Shown piece by piece: positions 30,208-40,153 of a stretch of 64,000 nucleotides of DNA. Numbering within the stretch: the stretch's first letter is position 1; each line of letters starts with the position of its first letter. The stretch covers positions 58,989-122,988 of the forward strand of contig CAZDRE010000004.1 in assembly GCA_964508155.1 (NCBI GenBank). The letters run 5' to 3'. A program made the translations under genes and the position numbers. Under the pieces are notes generated by a model. The model worked only from the letters and a program-made list of their open reading frames with translations, did not search any database and had not been told where the DNA came from. This DNA comes from an uncultured Candidatus Bathyarchaeia archaeon. Its GTDB lineage: Archaea; Thermoproteota; Bathyarchaeia; Bathyarchaeales; DTEX01.

Positions 30208-33200
30208 GTGAAGAAGTTGATTCAAAACCTAACTAAAGAATATCAAGAATACTTCTCGAGTCTCAAAGATTCCCTAGATAGGATTCTTGAGATCTCAAGA
30301 ATCGCTAGAGGATTGATGCTTGACCCAAAACCATATCCTGAGATCAGAATTGCTGAAGATCTCGCTGGGCTAGTTGAGGGCTTCATAGGAATAAGAGGGC
30401 TTGCAAAGAGGATCCGTTCTCTCTCAGAGAGTATGTCTCGTGAGAAAGTAGCATTTAAGATCGCGGAGGAAATAGCAAAAGGAAAGTTCGGCCAGCATGA
30501 TGAGGAAACCTTGGCCACACAGGCTATAAGGGCGGCACTCGCTATCTTAACTGAAGGAGTAACGGCTGCGGTATATTCAGAGGGCATATCTAAAGTATTA
30601 ATTAAGTCTAATATGGACGGCTCACGCTATCTAGCCATTTACTTTGCTGGTCCAATACGCTCAGCTGGCGGAACAGAGACGGCTCTCACCCCAGTTATAG
30701 CAGATTTCGTTCGTCGTATCCTCGGTTTAGATCGGTATAAGCCGACAAAGGATGAAATCAACCGTTTCATTGAGGAGCTTAGGCTCTATGAGAGAGAAGT
30801 AGGCCGCTTCCAATATCACGTCTCCGATGAAGAGATCAAGAAGGCGCTTGCAAATATCCCGGTTGAGATAACCGGGATACCATCAGATAACATTGAGGTC
30901 TCATCCTACCGTAATCTCCCTCGTATTGAGACTAATTGCTTACGTGGAGGAGCCTTGCGCGTAGTTAATGATGGCATAATTGGACGTGCAGCAAAGGTAT
31001 TAGCAGTCGTAGAGGATCTCGGAATTGAAGGATGGGAATGGCTCAAAGAGATCAGGGAGATCTCAAAAAAGAAGAAGTCTGGATTTATGGAGGACGTTCC
31101 GGCAGGACGGCCAATTTTAAGTTTTCCATCAAGAAAGGGTGGATTTAGACTTCGCTATGGAAGATCTAGAAATACAGGACTTGCAGCCGTCGCTGTTCAT
31201 CCATTAACGATGAAAATTCTTGAGGGTTTCTTAGCAGGCGGAACGCAACTGAAAATTGAGACTCCAGGGAAATCCGGAATTGTCCTCTCCGTAGATTCGA
31301 TAGAACCGCCAATAGTCCGATTAAATGACGGCTCTGTAGTTAGAGTATCCAATGAAAATTTTGATGAGATCAAAGATAAAGTGGAAAAGATCCTCTTCAT
31401 AGGAGACCTGCTCGTAAGCTTCGGAGACTTCTTATACAATAATAAGGATCTGCCACCAGCCGGATATGTTGAGGAGTGGTGGGCTGAGGACCTAAGAGAA
31501 GCAATAAATAAAAAGTTTAATGGAGATCTAAGAGAAGCATCTCTAAGAGTCGCGATTTCACAAAATTCTCTAAAAAGATATATTAATCATCCATTTGAAA
31601 ACAGGCCGAGCATCAAAGAGGCCATTATAATAAGTCAGGTTCTCAAAATTCCACTCCACCCAGCCTATACATATTTTTGGACATGCATCAGCTCAAGCGA
31701 TATTCGGAGATTGCGTAATTGGCTACTTTCCTCAGAGATAGATAGACTCAACGGCGAAGTCGCAAAGATAATTGGTAGACTAGATCAGAGGATAAAATGG
31801 ATACTCGAGGAGATCTGCCTGCCCCATAAAGTGCTAGATGATAAGATTCTAATATACGGAGACGATGCATACTCGCTTTCATTCACATTAGGAATTGATT
31901 ATCCCGAAAAGAGAGTAGAAGAGGAATTATCAACCCTTGAAAATTTAAAGAGGTTATGCGGAGTTGAGATTCGAGATAAAGCTCCCACGTTTATTGGGGC
32001 GCGTGTTGGCCGTCCAGAAAAGGCAAGCAGAAGAGAAATGGCTCCACCAGTTCATGTATTATTTCCCGTCGGCCTTAATGGAGGCTCCCAAAGAGACGTA
32101 ATGAAGGCATCCGAGAAAAAGATCATTAAAGTCGATCTTGTTAAGCGTAGATGCCCGAAATGTAGGACTGTAACTTTCATGTTGAAATGTCCAAGATGCG
32201 GCTCAGAAACCGTTTTAGAGTTTGTATGCCCAAGATGTGGTGTTGAACTGAAGAATAGGATATGCCCAATCTGTAAAGTTGAGGCTGTAAATCATGAGGA
32301 GCAACTGATACACCTAAAGAGTATGGTTGAGGATGCTTGCAGAAACGTTGGATTCAGACCTAAACAAGTCAAGGGAGTGAAGGGCCTAACGAATAAGACT
32401 AGGACTCCTGAGATTTTAGAAAAGGGTATCTTAAGAGCTAAGTATGACTTATCCGTATATAAAGATGGAACGGTTAGATTTGACATGACAAATGCCCCTC
32501 TAACACATTTCAAGCCTAGAGAGATCGGGGTTTCAATCGAGAAACTCAGAGAGTTAGGCTATAAGCATGATTACGAAGGCAGAGCCCTTGTAGATCCGGA
32601 TCAAATTTGTGAGCTAAAGGTTCAAGACATAATAATACCCAAGAAGAGCGTGGATTATCTGATTCGCATAGCCAAATTCGTAGATGAGCTCCTACAGAAA
32701 GTCTATCATTTACCTCCATTCTACAAGATTGATCGACCTGAGGATCTCATTGGGAGGATCGTGATTGGACTTGCTCCTCATACATGCGCTGGTGTTCTCG
32801 GAAGGATAATAGGCTTTACTGATCTAAATGTATGCTTTGCTCATCCATTCTGGCACTCAGCTAAACGTAGAGATTGTGATGGAGACGAAGACAGCATAAT
32901 GTTAGCGTTGGATGCGTTTCTCAACTTTTCGAGGGAGTACCTGCCAGATCGTATTGGAGGAATAATGGACTCTCCATTATTTATCATCAGCATTATCAAT
33001 CCGCAAGAGATCCAGAGGCAAGCCCACGAATTTGACGTAGCCCAAAGATATCCGCTTACGTTCTACAGGGAAACATTAAAAGGCACTAATGCTAGGGCTC
33101 TTAGCGGAATGATAGATATCGTCAGGAATAGGTTTGGAAGCGAATGGGAGATTCAAGGATTCAGATTTACGGCTCCAACATCCAATATAAACAAGGCAAA

Positions 33201-33630
33201 TCGCGAAAGCAAATATAAGAAATTGAAGAAGATGAGGGATAAGTTAAGGGCTCAGCTACAGCTCGCCGAGAAGATAAAAGCTGTAGATGTTAAGCGAGTT
33301 GCGGAAGTTGTGCTCACGACACATTTTCTAAGAGATATATCCGGAAACCTACGTGCATATACATCTCAGAGCTTTAGATGTAAGAGATGCAATAAACGTT
33401 TCCGTAGAATCCCATTAAGGGGTAGATGCACTGAATGTGGAGGCGAGCTTACACTTACGGTCTATCGCGGCGGAATAGAAAAGTATCTTAAGGAGGCCAA
33501 GAACCTTATAGAAACGTATGGCATCTCGGACTATTATGCTCAGAGAATAAGCCTCATCGAAGATGAGATAAGATCGATCTTTGAAGGCGGAGAGGAGACA
33601 AAACAGACAAGTCTATCCAAGTTTATATAA
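30208..33630 (+). CDS. polC: DNA polymerase D large catalytic subunit DP2 (no intein)
   Basis: AGPIRSAGGT, GFRLRYGRSRN, KRRDCDGDED catalytic motif, Zn fingers, PIP box QTSLSKF. Confidence 0.97.
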   Translation: MKKLIQNLTKEYQEYFSSLKDSLDRILEISRIARGLMLDPKPYPEIRIAEDLAGLVEGFIGIRGLAKRIRSLSESMSREKVAFKIAEEIAKGKFGQHDEETLATQAIRAALAILTEGVTAAVYSEGISKVLIKSNMDGSRYLAIYFAGPIRSAGGTETALTPVIADFVRRILGLDRYKPTKDEINRFIEELRLYEREVGRFQYHVSDEEIKKALANIPVEITGIPSDNIEVSSYRNLPRIETNCLRGGALRVVNDGIIGRAAKVLAVVEDLGIEGWEWLKEIREISKKKKSGFMEDVPAGRPILSFPSRKGGFRLRYGRSRNTGLAAVAVHPLTMKILEGFLAGGTQLKIETPGKSGIVLSVDSIEPPIVRLNDGSVVRVSNENFDEIKDKVEKILFIGDLLVSFGDFLYNNKDLPPAGYVEEWWAEDLREAINKKFNGDLREASLRVAISQNSLKRYINHPFENRPSIKEAIIISQVLKIPLHPAYTYFWTCISSSDIRRLRNWLLSSEIDRLNGEVAKIIGRLDQRIKWILEEICLPHKVLDDKILIYGDDAYSLSFTLGIDYPEKRVEEELSTLENLKRLCGVEIRDKAPTFIGARVGRPEKASRREMAPPVHVLFPVGLNGGSQRDVMKASEKKIIKVDLVKRRCPKCRTVTFMLKCPRCGSETVLEFVCPRCGVELKNRICPICKVEAVNHEEQLIHLKSMVEDACRNVGFRPKQVKGVKGLTNKTRTPEILEKGILRAKYDLSVYKDGTVRFDMTNAPLTHFKPREIGVSIEKLRELGYKHDYEGRALVDPDQICELKVQDIIIPKKSVDYLIRIAKFVDELLQKVYHLPPFYKIDRPEDLIGRIVIGLAPHTCAGVLGRIIGFTDLNVCFAHPFWHSAKRRDCDGDEDSIMLALDAFLNFSREYLPDRIGGIMDSPLFIISIINPQEIQRQAHEFDVAQRYPLTFYRETLKGTNARALSGMIDIVRNRFGSEWEIQGFRFTAPTSNINKANRESKYKKLKKMRDKLRAQLQLAEKIKAVDVKRVAEVVLTTHFLRDISGNLRAYTSQSFRCKRCNKRFRRIPLRGRCTECGGELTLTVYRGGIEKYLKEAKNLIETYGISDYYAQRISLIEDEIRSIFEGGEETKQTSLSKFI

Positions 33631-33679
33631 AGTTGAAAAGAAAAATTTTTGATATATTAGAGCCAAATTTTATATTGAA

Positions 33680-33958
33680 ATGTCCAAGTGGAATTTTCAT
33701 CCAAAAGCATTTTTGCTACGCATAAAGAATGTGAATGCTGGATTAACGGCTAGAACTAGGATAGCGACGTTACTGGAGAAGGAGGCAATGAATGCTTCCG
33801 AGATTAGCGAGAAGTCAGGTCTCAGCTACTCATCTGTTTTACATCATCTGCACCTAATGGAGAAGGAGCATATAGTTGCCAGAAGCGATAAGAGACCATA
33901 CAAATGGAGATTAACGGGTGCAGGCCAGAAGAGATTAATCGAGGTCTTTAAGGAGTAA
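33680..33958 (+). CDS. ArsR-like winged-helix protein
   Basis: RTRIATLL...ASEISEKSGLSYSSVLHHLHLMEKEHIV...PYKW. Confidence 0.8.
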   Translation: MSKWNFHPKAFLLRIKNVNAGLTARTRIATLLEKEAMNASEISEKSGLSYSSVLHHLHLMEKEHIVARSDKRPYKWRLTGAGQKRLIEVFKE

Positions 33959-34000
33959 GGCATTAAGAAGTAATCTGGCCAGACGCCGATTATTTAGGTC

Positions 34001-34921
34001 TTAGGACGTCGATTTCAATGCTAATTTAATCTCCCATAATCTTTCAGCAAGCTTTTCTATATATTCCCGTCTTTCGAGATCTCTCTTCCAATCTTCAGGT
34101 ATGGTCTCAATTCCATGGTATGCCCCGCTGATTGCCCCCGTCATCGCCCCTATAGTATCAGTATCTCCGCCGAGACTAACAGCATATAGAACAGAATTTT
34201 TAAAATTATCTGAGTTCTTAAGGAAGGAATAGATCGCCGTTGGAACTGAATTATGCGCCTCAACCCCATTTCCAAGATCTTTAATAATTGTGAGCTTGTC
34301 AGCTTTTACGGATAGAAGTTCCCCTATCTTCTTAAGTTTCATTCGGTACGTATCGTTATCCGTGAAGTTCATTAGTTCCTCAAGAAAATCCTGCAGGTTA
34401 AGACTTCGAGATGGATCAGATTTTACGGCCAATGCAACTGCATATGCCTGAATCGCGGCTCCCTCCATTCCAAGGGGATGAGCATGAGTTATTCTACTCT
34501 GCTCATACGCTACCGATCTAAGGATTTCAGGATTATCATAATAGAGCAGTCCTACTGGAGCAACTCTCATCGCAGCTCCATTACCATAAGAGCCCATTCC
34601 ACCAAACAGATGCTTTGATGCCTCCCTCCAAGACAAGCCAGATCTTATAAGCCTAAAAACCCTTGGCGGTCCTCTCGCATATCCACGCCAAGGCTCCGCT
34701 TCATAATTCCTTATGAAAGTGTATGCCATATGCTCCCCATTAAAGCCCCTATTAATAATCAGAGATTCAGCCACACCTATCATCATATGCGTATCATCTG
34801 TCCATCTTTCTAGACGAATCTTCACCTTCGCCTTTTCGGATACAAATTTTCCAGCAGAAACGCCGATGGAATCTCCCACCGCGCTTCCTATCATGCACCC
34901 TAAAAACTTTGACCTTAACAT
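34001..34921 (-). CDS. ADP-ribosylglycohydrolase (DraG family)
   Basis: AVGDS, WTDDT, GNGAAMR, ITH, GGDTDT. Confidence 0.9.
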   Translation of the reverse strand: MLRSKFLGCMIGSAVGDSIGVSAGKFVSEKAKVKIRLERWTDDTHMMIGVAESLIINRGFNGEHMAYTFIRNYEAEPWRGYARGPPRVFRLIRSGLSWREASKHLFGGMGSYGNGAAMRVAPVGLLYYDNPEILRSVAYEQSRITHAHPLGMEGAAIQAYAVALAVKSDPSRSLNLQDFLEELMNFTDNDTYRMKLKKIGELLSVKADKLTIIKDLGNGVEAHNSVPTAIYSFLKNSDNFKNSVLYAVSLGGDTDTIGAMTGAISGAYHGIETIPEDWKRDLERREYIEKLAERLWEIKLALKSTS

Positions 34922-34945
34922 ATCAGAACCAAAAAATTCAAGATT

Positions 34946-35623
34946 TCAAAAATATTTCTTTCTGAAGATCTTGTATGCTATGAATGGAATCGTGCCTATT
35001 GCAACCCTAACTTTAAATGAGAGGGCTGAAGGTCTTCCTCCAATACTAGTCTTTCCATTCTTTATGGCCCTTAAAATCTCAGGTACGTTTCTACCTTTAC
35101 AATGAACTATGGTATATGCATCTCCAACAGTCTCCCTAAAGTGCGAGTCGCTTCCGGCCGTGATAGGTAGCCCCAAACTACGGGCTAATCTCAGATTTTT
35201 CCTTAAAAAATATCCGGGTAGAGGAGTTATAGCCGAGAAGACTTCTATTCCATCTATAGGCAATCTCTTAATCTCATTCTCATTTAAACCTTTAAAGAAG
35301 GGAATTGTCGGATGAGGAAGAACCGCTAATCCTCCCTGAGCGTGAATTTTATTTAAGGCCTCCCTTATTGGTAGATCCTCCTCTACCCTTCTTCTTATGC
35401 CTAAGGCTAGAATCTCGCCTCGCCTAGTCTTAACTTCCTGTCCCGGTATTATGATAAGCCTACTTTGCATCTTCATAGCCTCCAATGCTCCTTTGACGGT
35501 TTTATGATCCGTTATCGCTAATCCATCGAGGCCCTTGCGTTGAGCCTCCTCTAATACTTCATTAAGAGATGCCCTCGAATCGGAATATCTTGTATGAACA
35601 TGCAGATCTATCCTTAGCATCAA
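34946..35623 (-). CDS. PHP-domain phosphoesterase
   Basis: DLHVHT, AITDH, PGQEV, PHP, GSDSH. Confidence 0.85.
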   Translation of the reverse strand: MMLRIDLHVHTRYSDSRASLNEVLEEAQRKGLDGLAITDHKTVKGALEAMKMQSRLIIIPGQEVKTRRGEILALGIRRRVEEDLPIREALNKIHAQGGLAVLPHPTIPFFKGLNENEIKRLPIDGIEVFSAITPLPGYFLRKNLRLARSLGLPITAGSDSHFRETVGDAYTIVHCKGRNVPEILRAIKNGKTSIGGRPSALSFKVRVAIGTIPFIAYKIFRKKYF

Positions 35624-35669
35624 AGAGTCTTAGCCCTTCCAGTCGGTTTCAAATAAGACTAAAGGACAT

Positions 35670-36200
35670 CTATGATCTCTCTAAAATTAAATCTTCGTCA
35701 GCACTAACAGAGACTATCTCCCCAAAGAATAGCGTATGATAGTCTCCGCTTGGATACCATAATGAGATCATCTCGGATGGCAGATTCTCTCCGGAGACAC
35801 TGACCTTATAAACGACTTTGCACTCGTAGTGAATGATACATTCACTTATTATGGGAGACTTCACTCTCTCACTTGGAAGAAGAGTTAATCCCCTTTCCCT
35901 AATCTTATCGTGATATCTTCCAGAAACCGTTCCGCAGTAATTAACGGTATCCTCCATCCCACTCCCCGGAACATTAACTGTGAATTCGCCGGTTTTCTCT
36001 ATAAATTGATGGGTGTATCTGGACGGTCTAACAGCCACGATGAAGAACGGTCTGCCCCAAAGTATTCCAGGTAGCCCCCATCCAATGGTCATGACGTTAG
36101 CCTTCTCTAAGGTTCCGGAAAGTAATAGGAGACCAGTTTGGCTCATTCGTTTAATAGTTTCCTCGAGGAATCTAAATGTTGAAACCTTAACTTTTCCCAT
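35670..36200 (-). CDS. flavin reductase family protein
   Basis: NVMTIGW, VRPSRYT, CGTVSGR, HTLFFGEI. Confidence 0.85.
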   Translation of the reverse strand: MGKVKVSTFRFLEETIKRMSQTGLLLLSGTLEKANVMTIGWGLPGILWGRPFFIVAVRPSRYTHQFIEKTGEFTVNVPGSGMEDTVNYCGTVSGRYHDKIRERGLTLLPSERVKSPIISECIIHYECKVVYKVSVSGENLPSEMISLWYPSGDYHTLFFGEIVSVSADEDLILERS

Positions 36201-36202
36201 GA

Positions 36203-37135
36203 TTACTCCCCAGTCTCCCTCTTTAGTGCCTTCACGATTATTGGTGCAACTGAAACTTTAGCATAATCATTCATGACGCTGTCAGTTCCAACGATCTCCT
36301 CGGCGTGTGCCTCATTAAGGATCTTGACGGCATCCCCTAAGAGTAGAGCGTGAGAGGCTCCAACGAACACTCTCCTAGCGCCCTGCTTCTTTAGGATCCT
36401 TACGGCATTTGCTGCGGTCTTGCCCGTGCTGATTATATCATCAATTACAATGGCATCTCTGCCTTCAACATTCATCCTCTTCTCATACGTTACAATCTCG
36501 CCGGTATGGCGATCTCTCTTCTTTTCTAAGAAGTCATAGTCGGCATTGATCGTCTCCGCAGCGCATTTCGCCCTTTCAATAGCGATCTCCTCATCGTCCG
36601 GAGATATAACTATTGGATTTTTTAGACCTTTAGCGGCGAAGTATCTTGCAATTTCTCTCGAAGCCGTCAAATTATATGTTGGTATCCGATATCTCTCGAG
36701 GACTTTCCTGTTATGTACATCAACCGTATATAATGCGTTTGCTCCAAGAGTTTCTAAGATCTCGGTGATCATTCCGGAGCTTAAACATTCACCCTCCAGA
36801 TATCTCCTGTCTTGGCGGCTGTAAGCCAAGTATGGAACGAATACCCTTATGGATTTAGCTCCAAGATCCCTTGCCGTATGCAAGATCAGAAAGAGTTCCA
36901 TGATGTGCTGATCCTGAGGGGGATATAGGCTCTGAACGACTAGAAGATCCTCCCCAGATATTTCCTCCTCAAATTTAAAGTAGAACTCTCCATCAGGGAA
37001 TCTTTTTGTTCTCGTCGGTATTAATGGAGCGCCTAGCAACTTGCTGATCTTCTTGGCAAGATCTACAGATCCAGGTCCTCCCACAACCTTCAAGAGATTC
37101 TCCTCCAAGCGAATGGAGATTTTAACGGGAGTCAA
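36203..37135 (-). CDS. prs: ribose-phosphate pyrophosphokinase
   Basis: FPDGE, PYLAYSRQD, DVH, SPD, IDDIISTGKT. Confidence 0.92.
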   Translation of the reverse strand: MTPVKISIRLEENLLKVVGGPGSVDLAKKISKLLGAPLIPTRTKRFPDGEFYFKFEEEISGEDLLVVQSLYPPQDQHIMELFLILHTARDLGAKSIRVFVPYLAYSRQDRRYLEGECLSSGMITEILETLGANALYTVDVHNRKVLERYRIPTYNLTASREIARYFAAKGLKNPIVISPDDEEIAIERAKCAAETINADYDFLEKKRDRHTGEIVTYEKRMNVEGRDAIVIDDIISTGKTAANAVRILKKQGARRVFVGASHALLLGDAVKILNEAHAEEIVGTDSVMNDYAKVSVAPIIVKALKRETGE

Positions 37136-37250
37136 AAATAAATTTTCGCTTTACATTTAAGCATATCATCTCATCGCGTAGATATGAAATTTCATGCTTG
37201 AACAGAGATCTTAAATATTCTTAAAGCATCTTAAAGAACGGTGATTAAAA

Positions 37251-38039
37251 ATGAAACTTGCAATTCAGGATAATCTTCTGCCAGGGAAAGACATTTCAGA
37301 GAAAGTATGTAATGCCGAAAAGTTCGGATTTGACGGGCTGGAAGTATGGGGCCGTAGGCTCCCAGAAAGATTCAAAGAGATAAAGCAAGCTCTCGAGTCA
37401 TCAAAGATAAAATTTTCCACGGTATGTGCAGGATATCCGGGAGATCTCTTAGGAGCAGACAGGCAGACAAGAGAGGCCGCAATTGAAGGAATAAAGAGCC
37501 TACTTAAAATCTGCTCTGATCTAGGCGGGGTTGGAGTTATAACTGTTCCAACATTCGGTAAGCCGAAGATCCCAGATCTGTATCCTTGGATCCCAGATGT
37601 CTGGGAGGCTGAAAGGAGAATTCTCATCGAGGAATGTAAGATCCTCGGGAGATACGCCGATGATGTAGGTAGCTACGTGATTCTAGAGCCTATAAACAGG
37701 TATGAAACGCATTTCATGAACACGCTTAAGCAAGGAGTGGAGATCTGCAAGGAAGTCGGTATAGAGCATGTTAAGATAATGGCTGACTTCTTCCACATGA
37801 ATATAGAGGAGGCTAGTATTCCATCGAGCCTAGAAGAGGCGGCGGATTACATAGTGCATATTCACCTAGCAGACAGTAATAGGGTTCTTCCGGGATATGG
37901 ACATACGGACTTTAAAGAACCATTCAGGGTCCTTAAGAGAAAGGGCTACAGAAACTTCATGGCCTTTGAATGCAGGGTTCCGGGAGATCCATTTGAAGTT
38001 CTGCCCAAATCAGTTCAGTATCTCAGAGAATTGATGTAA
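37251..38039 (+). CDS. sugar phosphate isomerase/epimerase (D-tagatose 3-epimerase-like)
   Basis: LEPINRYE, DFFHMNIEE, HIHLADSNR, PGYGH, FEC. Confidence 0.85.
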   Translation: MKLAIQDNLLPGKDISEKVCNAEKFGFDGLEVWGRRLPERFKEIKQALESSKIKFSTVCAGYPGDLLGADRQTREAAIEGIKSLLKICSDLGGVGVITVPTFGKPKIPDLYPWIPDVWEAERRILIEECKILGRYADDVGSYVILEPINRYETHFMNTLKQGVEICKEVGIEHVKIMADFFHMNIEEASIPSSLEEAADYIVHIHLADSNRVLPGYGHTDFKEPFRVLKRKGYRNFMAFECRVPGDPFEVLPKSVQYLRELM

Positions 38040-38135
38040 TAAACACCTATCGCCACAATTTTTATTGAAACCAAATAAATGAGGAGAAATAAAGGATAAA
38101 TTCCATTCCATTTCTTTTCCTCATAGTGATACGGC

Positions 38136-39233
38136 TTGAACGGCTCTACTCAGAGGATCGATCTGATCATCAAGACCCCCATGAGAATGGAGAATATCGT
38201 AGCCTCACGAATAGAAGAGTTAGGCTTTAAATGCGTTGTTCATCCGAAGCCCTATGGATACCCGGGGATAGTAACTGTCGAGATGCATGACGAAAATGAA
38301 AAGTTCATGATTGCAGAGAGAATAAAGAACGAGATACCTGAGGCCGAGAGGGTTCTAGTTTCAGAGGCATATACAAGGGCTGTAATGGAGGATATTATCA
38401 ATGCAGCCGTCAACGTAGCATCAAAGCTTTTAGATTCAGGAGTAACATTTGCTGTTAGAACCGTAAGGCGGGGTCGACATCCCTACACTAGTGTTGATGT
38501 GAATTATAGGGTTGGCTCAGCTATTCTTGAAAAGGTTGATGCAACAGTCGATCTTGATTGTCCGGAGAAGATCGTGTGGATCGAAATATTGGGCAATGAG
38601 GCCGCGATCGGAGTTATTAATGGCGCAAGTGTATGGAAGAAGATGAAGCCTGGAAAGCATGAAGTAAGAACTTTCTTCTCCAAGGCATCGGTTATACAGA
38701 TGCCTTATCTAGGAGACATGAGATCTGCCAAGAGTATGGGATCAAGGATCGGAAGGGCTGTTCAGATGTTTGAGGTTGGCGAGCTAATCGTAGGCATTAT
38801 AGGGGCATGCGATGCGAAGCAGCTAAGCTGGTTCATCAGCGGCATCTTTGAAGGGATAGATTCAAGATATCAAATTCAACGCAGAACGTATGCGCATAAG
38901 CCTAGACGAGTAAACGTTCTAATAGAGGATCTTTATCAGCTCGTGAGGGATAGGAGGTCCCAGCCGAAGATAGTCTTTGAGCCTGAAGGAGAAGTCTTCT
39001 CGAAGGTATCAGAGAAGATAGCTGACTTCTTCCTTAAATGTGATGAGCAAGTGAATCTTCTATTCGGGTCAAGAGAGGGAATTCCGAAGGGGATCTTCAG
39101 ATTCGCCGATCTCATAGTGGATCTATGTCCTGGAATAACTCTCTCAACGGAATATGCAGCTTCATCCGCCCTGATAGGAATATCCTTTGCACTGCAAAGT
39201 CTATTAGAGAAAGAACACTCCTCAGCAACTTAA
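38136..39233 (+). CDS. THUMP + SPOUT predicted RNA methyltransferase
   Basis: TFAVRTVRRG...VDLDCPEK THUMP domain; QMPY, GRAVQ.FE, EPEG, GSREGIP..IFR SPOUT domain. Confidence 0.8.
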   Translation: MNGSTQRIDLIIKTPMRMENIVASRIEELGFKCVVHPKPYGYPGIVTVEMHDENEKFMIAERIKNEIPEAERVLVSEAYTRAVMEDIINAAVNVASKLLDSGVTFAVRTVRRGRHPYTSVDVNYRVGSAILEKVDATVDLDCPEKIVWIEILGNEAAIGVINGASVWKKMKPGKHEVRTFFSKASVIQMPYLGDMRSAKSMGSRIGRAVQMFEVGELIVGIIGACDAKQLSWFISGIFEGIDSRYQIQRRTYAHKPRRVNVLIEDLYQLVRDRRSQPKIVFEPEGEVFSKVSEKIADFFLKCDEQVNLLFGSREGIPKGIFRFADLIVDLCPGITLSTEYAASSALIGISFALQSLLEKEHSSAT

Positions 39234-39590
39234 TACTCTTGTTGATGTAATCTTCTGATCGGCAAAAATCCTCGTGAGTAGCGGATACATATAAACTATC
39301 GTATAGGCTGTAGAAACCGCTACGGATGTTATCTTCCTGAATAGGAGCGTGTCCCCAACTCCAAATCCGATTATGGTTGTCAATACGACTGAGTAGAGCC
39401 TCAAAATTTACTTCATTAGAGCACCTAATAACCCAGCGGTGAGTGATGCTAGAACATTACGATTGATGCTGAGAGGCTTTTAATGGCATTTGTTCTTAGT
39501 GGCTCAACTCTTCTAAGGATCTTGGCGGAAAGCGCCGCTGAGCTAGTGTAAGATAGCGCAGTTAATAGCACGAAAGCCTATCCAATTATT
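39222..39590 (-). pseudogene. EamA/DMT transporter relic
   Basis: Minus strand reads IG*AFVLLTALSYTSSAALSAKILRRVEPLRTNAIKS...MF*, then IGFGVGDTLLF...AYTIVYMYPLLT; contains stops and a truncation. Confidence 0.6.
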
Positions 39591-39729
39591 CCAACATCAA
39601 CTGTTACCCTATTACTTATGAATAAAAATGGAACATGATGGAGATATATCCCTCCAATAAATCTTCACATTTCAGTCAGATTGTAATAAAGTAATGTAGA
39701 GAGCTGAAAGGTAACTGCCTAAAAAGCGA

Positions 39730-40143
39730 CTAGGATTTGTAAAATTCATTTATGAATTTAGACGCTACTTTATATGTCCTCTTAGCCTTCTCCAAGGCAT
39801 CTTTGGCCTCATCAAATCCGAATAGATCAGATGCGGTTTTACCTAGTGCTTCCAATCCATACATGCTTGGGGCTCTCTTCTCAGCTAGGTCTCTTGATGC
39901 TTCAGCTAGGCTTCCAATCTGATCTTGCATCCATTCGGGAAATTTGTGCGTGTAGAATCTGAGTATCCCTCCTACATCATGGACCTTCGGATATTCTATT
40001 CCCACCGTTCTCAAGCATGCCTTAAGTGAGAGCTCAACGCACTCTTGGGAATACCTTACGGTTTCAGGGTAGTCTCCCCTCTTTAGGGCGGCTTCAGCGT
40101 CGATGAGCCTTGCTCTTGCCCTTTTAAGAAAGTCTTTTGCCAT
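39730..40143 (-). CDS. HEPN domain protein
   Basis: SQECVELSLKA, PKVHDV, R..SMYG. Confidence 0.85.
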   Translation of the reverse strand: MAKDFLKRARARLIDAEAALKRGDYPETVRYSQECVELSLKACLRTVGIEYPKVHDVGGILRFYTHKFPEWMQDQIGSLAEASRDLAEKRAPSMYGLEALGKTASDLFGFDEAKDALEKAKRTYKVASKFINEFYKS

Positions 40144-40153
40144 AGCCTCTGTT

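Noticed and set aside
30208..33630. Intein in DP2 (also checked cdc6 and nrdD)
   Set aside because: Lengths are normal and the catalytic KRRDCDGDED motif is uninterrupted.
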